NCBI GenBank assembly: GCA_030652805.1
Contig: JAUSPT010000024.1
Location: 3,841 to 67,840, forward strand
DNA length: 64,000 bases
Reading direction: 5' to 3'
Source of the DNA: a bacterium
GTDB lineage: Bacteria > JAHJDO01
Shown in pieces: positions 60,205-64,000 of the stretch. The position numbers and the translations under genes were made by a program. Below the pieces are notes generated by a model, which searched no databases, was not told the DNA's origin, and was given only the letters and a program-made list of their open reading frames with translations. The stretch's first letter is position 1; each line of letters starts with the position of its first letter.

Positions 60205-61236
60205 ATGGGAATAGCAAGTGATATCAAAGCACTGGGTGAGGACATTGTTGCCTCTTATGATACGCGAGTAAGGGCGATAGGTGTGCTTGTCAAGGACGTC
60301 GACAAAATGCTTAAGGGTCTTCATACGGATCATAAGAGTATGGCTGCCAATCTTAAAGCTGGCCTTAACAAGGGAGAAGAAGATAGGCTCAATGCCTTTA
60401 AGCCAATGATAGCAGAAATTCAGAAGCGGACAAAGGAAATAGAAGTCTATGTTAAAACTCTGCTCAAAAAGTTTCACAGCGAGCATATGGAAATGTCTGC
60501 CAATCTTAATGCCTCTCTTGCAAAAGGAGAAGAGGATCGACTTAAGGACTTTAGAGCAATGATGGCTGATGTTAAGAAGTTTGTAGCGGATATGGTTGAT
60601 ACGACTGCGAAACTGATGAAGCAAATTCAGGCTGAACAGAAAGATAGAAATAAAGGAGTAGCTGATCTCCTTGCAAAGTTTGCGCAAGACCATGCATCTA
60701 TGGCAGATGAGCTTAGAAAAAGCCTTGCAAAAGGAGAAACAAACAGGCTTGAAGACTTCAAAAAGATGATAGATAGTATCCAAAAATATGTGGCTGATGT
60801 AATTAGTGCGACTAAGCAGCTAATTAGCGAAATTCAAGCAAGGCAGGATGAGAGAAACAAAGAGGTTCTTGCTCTCTTACAGGCATTCCAGGCCGAAAGA
60901 GAAAAGATGGCTGCTAACTGGCAGGCTCTGGCTGCAACAATGGAGAAGAGAAGAGGCGGTAAGCCGATTCCAGTTAAAGTAGAAGCCAGGCAGGAAGTAA
61001 AGACTGTTGAAGAGGCAGTGAAAGAAAAACCCAAAGCTAAACCTAAGGCTGGGCCTAAACCCAAAACACCTGAAGGTCAGATATTAGCTTTGCTTAGGGA
61101 GCATGCTGAAGGCATGAGCTTGCCGAATTTAGGAAATGAAGCAGGCTGCCACTTTATAAAGCTGACCAGTCCAATGAGAGGTCTGCTGGATAAAGGCAAA
61201 GTTAGAAAAGAAGATAATCTTTACTTTATTGCTTAG
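60205..61236 (+). CDS. Paralogous repeat protein (three longer repeats of the same L.KGEEDRL.DFK.M family), with a Lys/Pro-rich linker (KPKAKPKAGPKPKTP) and a C-terminal winged-helix-like domain
   Basis: RBS AGGAGGAATAAAG. Repeats ANLKAGLNKGEEDRLNAFKPMI…, ANLNASLAKGEEDRLKDFRAMM…, RKSLAKGETNRLEDFKKMI…. C-terminal GQILALLREHAEGMSLPNLGNEAGCHFIKLTSPMRGLLDKGKV resembles a wHTH. 343 aa. Confidence 0.6.
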   Translation: MGIASDIKALGEDIVASYDTRVRAIGVLVKDVDKMLKGLHTDHKSMAANLKAGLNKGEEDRLNAFKPMIAEIQKRTKEIEVYVKTLLKKFHSEHMEMSANLNASLAKGEEDRLKDFRAMMADVKKFVADMVDTTAKLMKQIQAEQKDRNKGVADLLAKFAQDHASMADELRKSLAKGETNRLEDFKKMIDSIQKYVADVISATKQLISEIQARQDERNKEVLALLQAFQAEREKMAANWQALAATMEKRRGGKPIPVKVEARQEVKTVEEAVKEKPKAKPKAGPKPKTPEGQILALLREHAEGMSLPNLGNEAGCHFIKLTSPMRGLLDKGKVRKEDNLYFIA

Positions 61237-61252
61237 TGAATGGAGGTGAAAG

Positions 61253-61573
61253 ATGAGCGAGATAAAATGTGCTTTCTGCAAAGGCACGGGCAAGGATCCA
61301 TTTGATCTTCTATCCGAGCTTGCTGTCTGCCAGGTTTGCGGAGGCAGGGGTAAAGTTGAGGTAAAAGAGCCGGCAATCAAGTGTGTCTTTTGTAGCAGCA
61401 CCGGTATCTATCCTCGTAGTCGAGTTACCTGCACTGTATGTAATGGCAAAGGAATGGTTGCGGTTAAAGGCGCGACTGACGAGTGCCCTAAGTGCAAAGG
61501 CACAGGCAGAGCAATAGATAGCGGACTTCCCTGCATTAAATGTGGAGGCAAAGGGGTCGTTTCAAAAAAATGA
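61253..61573 (+). CDS. DnaJ-type zinc-finger mini-protein with six CxxCxGxG motifs (three zinc-centre pairs) and no J-domain
   Basis: CAFCKGTG, CQVCGGRG, CVFCSSTG, CTVCNGKG, CPKCKGTG, CIKCGGKG read in the translation. RBS GGAGGTG. 106 aa. Confidence 0.75.
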   Translation: MSEIKCAFCKGTGKDPFDLLSELAVCQVCGGRGKVEVKEPAIKCVFCSSTGIYPRSRVTCTVCNGKGMVAVKGATDECPKCKGTGRAIDSGLPCIKCGGKGVVSKK

Positions 61574-61755
61574 CTGAATTAAACTCCTCCAGGGAAGACT
61601 TTCTTAGAAAAAGAAAGGAAGCGTTAGATAAGTTGAGTTCCTGCCGGGAAGGTTTTAGAAGGAAGGAGAAGAGAATAAAAGCGGATTTGGCAGAGGCGGG
61701 CAAGACTTGGGAGAAAGTGAGCCAAAAGTTCAAGTGGTGGCAGTCTCTGCCCTAG
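61570..61755 (+). CDS. Small basic hypothetical protein (61 aa from the ATG overlapping the upstream stop; the ORF track starts it at 61540)
   Basis: ATGA overlap with the preceding gene suggests translational coupling. No family recognised. Confidence 0.3.
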   Translation: MTELNSSREDFLRKRKEALDKLSSCREGFRRKEKRIKADLAEAGKTWEKVSQKFKWWQSLP

Positions 61756-61795
61756 AGGAAAAGAAAACAAAAATCAAAAAAGGAGGTAAGATAAG

Positions 61796-62716
61796 ATGGC
61801 AGCTGTTGAGGAGATGACCACAGTACTTGAACCAAGTCCTTTATCAGACTTTGTGGAAACAAAGTATGTGAAGGATGTCACTAATCGGACACTTTCCTAT
61901 ATTAAGGCCGGTTTTCCGGTCCATTTTCGAGGTCCTTCAGGGACAGGAAAGACCACTCTGGCTATGCATGTAGCCAGTAAGGTTAAAAGGCCGGTGGTAA
62001 TGATTCACGGGGATGAAGAGTTTACAACCTCTGATTTGGTGGGTGGTGAACATGGCTACAGGTTTAGAAAGGTTGTAGACAGATTTGTCTCCAGGGTGTT
62101 GAAAGTGGAAGAAGATATGGTAAAGCGCTGGGTGGATAACCGTTTAACGGTTGCCTGTAAGTATGGTTTTACCCTTATCTATGATGAATTCACACGTTCC
62201 CGTCCTGAGGCAAACAATATTCTTCTCTCTATTTTGCAGGAGAAGATGATGGATCTGCCAGTGGGAAGAGGCGGAGAAGAACCGTATTTAAAGGTTGACC
62301 CTGATTTTACCGCTATTTTCACATCAAACCCTGAGGAATATGCCGGAGTTCATCGGAGTCAGGACGCTCTTAGGGACAGAATGATAACCATGGATTTGGA
62401 CCATTTTGATTATGATACGGAAATAGGTATTACCAGGGCAAAATCCAAACTCTCTAAACAAGATTCTGAGAGGATAGTTAATATTGTAAGAGGATTGAGG
62501 GAATCAGGAAAGTGTGAGTATGCACCAACCGTACGCGGCTGTATTATGATTGCTAAGACGCTTAAAGTTCTGGGCACTGCTCCTGCTAAGAGTAATGGTT
62601 CCTTCAGCGCGATGTGTCAGGACATATTGGCTTCTGAGACCAGTAGAGTTGGCTCAAAGACGAATCAGGACAGGGTAAAGGGGATAGTTAAGGAGTTGGT
62701 TAAGAAATATAGTTAA
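61796..62716 (+). CDS. gvpN: Gas vesicle protein GvpN (MoxR/CbbQ-like AAA+ ATPase)
   Basis: Walker A GPSGTGKTTLA, Walker B LIYDEFTRS, ~300-aa length and gvp context. RBS AAGGAGG. Confidence 0.85.
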   Translation: MAAVEEMTTVLEPSPLSDFVETKYVKDVTNRTLSYIKAGFPVHFRGPSGTGKTTLAMHVASKVKRPVVMIHGDEEFTTSDLVGGEHGYRFRKVVDRFVSRVLKVEEDMVKRWVDNRLTVACKYGFTLIYDEFTRSRPEANNILLSILQEKMMDLPVGRGGEEPYLKVDPDFTAIFTSNPEEYAGVHRSQDALRDRMITMDLDHFDYDTEIGITRAKSKLSKQDSERIVNIVRGLRESGKCEYAPTVRGCIMIAKTLKVLGTAPAKSNGSFSAMCQDILASETSRVGSKTNQDRVKGIVKELVKKYS

Positions 62717-62794
62717 AAGACAGAGGGCAGAAGGCAGAAAGCAGAAAAATCTGCTCTCAGAAATCTGGTTTCTGAATAAGAGAGGAGAAAGAAA

Positions 62795-62965
62795 ATGACA
62801 CTGATGAGGACGTTTTCTAAAGTGGAAAAAGATGGGAAGATAAAACTTCCCGGTAATATTCAGCGAGCAGCAGGTCTTAAAGAAGGCCAGTTGATTGAGC
62901 TGAAGATTGTAGGAGCAAGCAGGAAGAAGAATATCTTGCTCTCGGCTAAAGATAGCGCAAGATAG
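62795..62965 (+). CDS. AbrB/SpoVT/MazE-type swapped-hairpin DNA-binding mini-protein (56 aa; below the ORF-track cutoff)
   Basis: Hand translation: MTLMRTFSKVEKDGKIKLPGNIQRAAGLKEGQLIELKIVGASRKKNILLSAKDSAR*. The KVxKxGxIxLPxxIRxxLGLKEGDxLE pattern is typical of the AbrB/SpoVT N-terminal domain. RBS AGAGGAG. Confidence 0.6.
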   Translation: MTLMRTFSKVEKDGKIKLPGNIQRAAGLKEGQLIELKIVGASRKKNILLSAKDSAR

Positions 62966-63000
62966 GTCTGTAAGTTTCTCACATTATAAGGGAGAGAACA

Positions 63001-63336
63001 ATGAAGGATGTTAATAGTCTGCCGGGACTCCATAAGTTGAGGACTATGTTTAGTGCCAAGAAGAGGTCCATACCAAAGGTTCAAAGCTCGGGTTATTTAG
63101 ATTTGTATATGCTCGGGAAAGAGAAAGAGAGACTCCTGAAGGAAGATGAGAGGCTGGATATGAGAAAAGACACTCTCAAGAAGCGCCTGGAGGAGATAGA
63201 CCTGGAGATGAATCAACTACAGGAGGTCTCGAAAAGCGGGATTAAATCTGCTCCGGACATAGGTTTTTCAGGAGGCACTTTCACGCAGAAAAATGGAGTC
63301 AAAAAAGAGTGGAAAAAGATGTCTTTAAATTATTAA
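63001..63336 (+). CDS. Hypothetical protein; weak resemblance to GvpG (hydrophobic YLDLYML segment followed by a charged coiled coil)
   Basis: ORF with RBS (GGGAGAGAACA). GYLDLYMLGKEKERLLKEDERL...RLEEIDLEMNQLQE is reminiscent of GvpG but not verified. 111 aa. Confidence 0.35.
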   Translation: MKDVNSLPGLHKLRTMFSAKKRSIPKVQSSGYLDLYMLGKEKERLLKEDERLDMRKDTLKKRLEEIDLEMNQLQEVSKSGIKSAPDIGFSGGTFTQKNGVKKEWKKMSLNY

Positions 63337-63351
63337 CAACTGCATAGGTGG

Positions 63352-63750
63352 TTGAGAATGAATTGGAACACATTTGACTTTAAAAGCGGGAAAAGCGGAA
63401 GAACCAGGTCAGGACGAAGGATAGGTGAGATTTTGGAAGGGGATAAGTTTAGATGTTCATTATGCAGAGGCACAGGGATATTACCCCGAACCAAGGGCAC
63501 AAGATGTCATGTATGTAAAGGCTCAGGCATAGTTTCCTTAACCGGACCGGCAGTAGTATGCGCTTACTGCAAAGGCAGAGGCGATTATCCGCCGAGGACA
63601 AGTCTTACCTGTACGGTTTGCGGAGGGAAGGGTTTAGTTAGCATTACCAAACCCATTGAAATATGCGAACATTGCCGGGGAACCGGTGCTGAGCCGGGCA
63701 ATAAACTACCTTGCTTAAAATGCAAAGGTAAGGGTGTGATTACAAAATAG
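63352..63750 (+). CDS. Second DnaJ-type zinc-finger mini-protein (six CxxCxGxG motifs), paralog of 61253-61573
   Basis: CSLCRGTG, CHVCKGSG, CAYCKGRG, CTVCGGKG, CEHCRGTG, CLKCKGKG. 132 aa. Confidence 0.75.
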   Translation: MRMNWNTFDFKSGKSGRTRSGRRIGEILEGDKFRCSLCRGTGILPRTKGTRCHVCKGSGIVSLTGPAVVCAYCKGRGDYPPRTSLTCTVCGGKGLVSITKPIEICEHCRGTGAEPGNKLPCLKCKGKGVITK

Positions 63751-63767
63751 AAATCGGGAGAGAGACT

Positions 63768-64000
63768 ATGAAAATAGAAGAAGTAGAGAAGGCGATCACA
63801 GATTTCTTTAAGAGCAGTCTTGGTGGAAAGGCAAAAGTAATAAAGATAGTAAAATCTCAGGATGGCTGGACAGGTGAGGCAGAGATTTATGAGGAGAGTT
63901 CATTTATTAAATCTTTAGGACTATCTACCAGAGTTCAGGATAGGAATATTTACGGGATTAAATTGACTGATGCCTTGGAAGTGGTCTCTTACGCGCGAAA
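63768..64000 (+). CDS. Hypothetical protein, 5' fragment (continues beyond the window); possibly a further gvp accessory gene
   Basis: ATG at 63768 with RBS GGGAGAGAG. MKIEEVEKAITDFFKSSLGGKAKVIKIVKSQDGWTGEAEIYEES…, no stop before the window end. Confidence 0.4.
   Translation, partial: MKIEEVEKAITDFFKSSLGGKAKVIKIVKSQDGWTGEAEIYEESSFIKSLGLSTRVQDRNIYGIKLTDALEVVSYAR

Noticed and set aside
60187-60783. 198-aa minus-strand ORF
   Set aside because: It is antisense to the 343-aa repeat-protein gene, has a low-complexity Cys/Phe/Leu-rich translation, and no RBS. The plus-strand gene has a strong RBS and paralog support.
1-64000. Scan for CRISPR arrays, rRNA genes, transposase/integrase ORFs
   Set aside because: No regularly spaced direct repeats of 25-40 nt, no rRNA-like conserved stretches, and no DDE/tyrosine-recombinase-like ORFs were seen by eye. 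Their absence is not proven without a tool-based search.

Overview
This is a low-GC (~38%) bacterial window with three functional blocks. Every assignment below comes from reading motifs in the six-frame translations and the raw sequence by eye; no database search was run.

1. Positions 1-8.7 kb hold secreted carbohydrate-active and redox enzymes: a LamG-domain protein fragment, a 1079-aa LamG/CBM9-like/GH42-like protein, a Gfo/Idh/MocA oxidoreductase and an SDR. An AAA+ ATPase gene (DUF4143 family) sits between a ~190-bp imperfect direct duplication of the 5' end of a tandem-amidohydrolase gene.

2. Positions 8.7-30.3 kb are a long minus-strand glycan-biosynthesis locus: three GT4 genes, a GT9, a Dpm1/ArnC-like GT2 and three GT-C (PMT/ArnT-like) membrane transferases, two of them tandem paralogs. 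Embedded co-directionally in it is a defence-type cassette: RadC, a YhcG-like PDDEXK nuclease, a 161-aa unknown, and a Type I restriction-modification (R-M) system whose HsdM and HsdS are fused in one 804-aa protein, plus a compact HsdR.

3. Positions 30.3-52.8 kb are core housekeeping genes (galE-like, spoIID-like, queA, fabG-acpP-fabF behind a textbook sigma-70 promoter, acyl-CoA dehydrogenase-etfB, tRNA-Arg and tRNA-Ser, fhs, an EF-G paralog). They are interrupted by a secreted-protein triad, an APC permease fused to a PTS EIIA(Ntr)-type domain, and a pair made of a SAMHD1/dGTPase-like HD phosphohydrolase and a second DUF4143 AAA+ ATPase.

The most interesting part is the last ~11 kb (52.9-64.0 kb). 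A five-gene signalling module (MEDS-PAS histidine kinase, REC-DHp protein, second kinase, DUF4339-REC, NtrC-type sigma-54 activator) sits directly upstream of a canonical sigma-54 promoter (TGGCACG-N4-TTGCT) with upstream TGTAGA/TCTACA palindromes. That promoter drives a bona fide gas-vesicle gene, gvpA, whose product is ~85% identical by eye to cyanobacterial GvpA.

gvpA is flanked on both sides by arrays of CAGATG / CATCTG heptamers. It is followed by gene types not known from described gvp clusters:
- two paralogous ~50-aa-repeat proteins, one ending in a Lys/Pro linker and a winged-helix-like domain;
- two paralogous mini-proteins each carrying six DnaJ-type CxxCxGxG zinc-finger motifs;
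- gvpN, an AbrB/SpoVT-like mini-protein, a possible GvpG-like protein, and a gene truncated by the window end.

The rest of the gvp locus (gvpF/L, J, K and others) presumably lies beyond 64 kb. No CRISPR array, rRNA or obvious transposase was seen.
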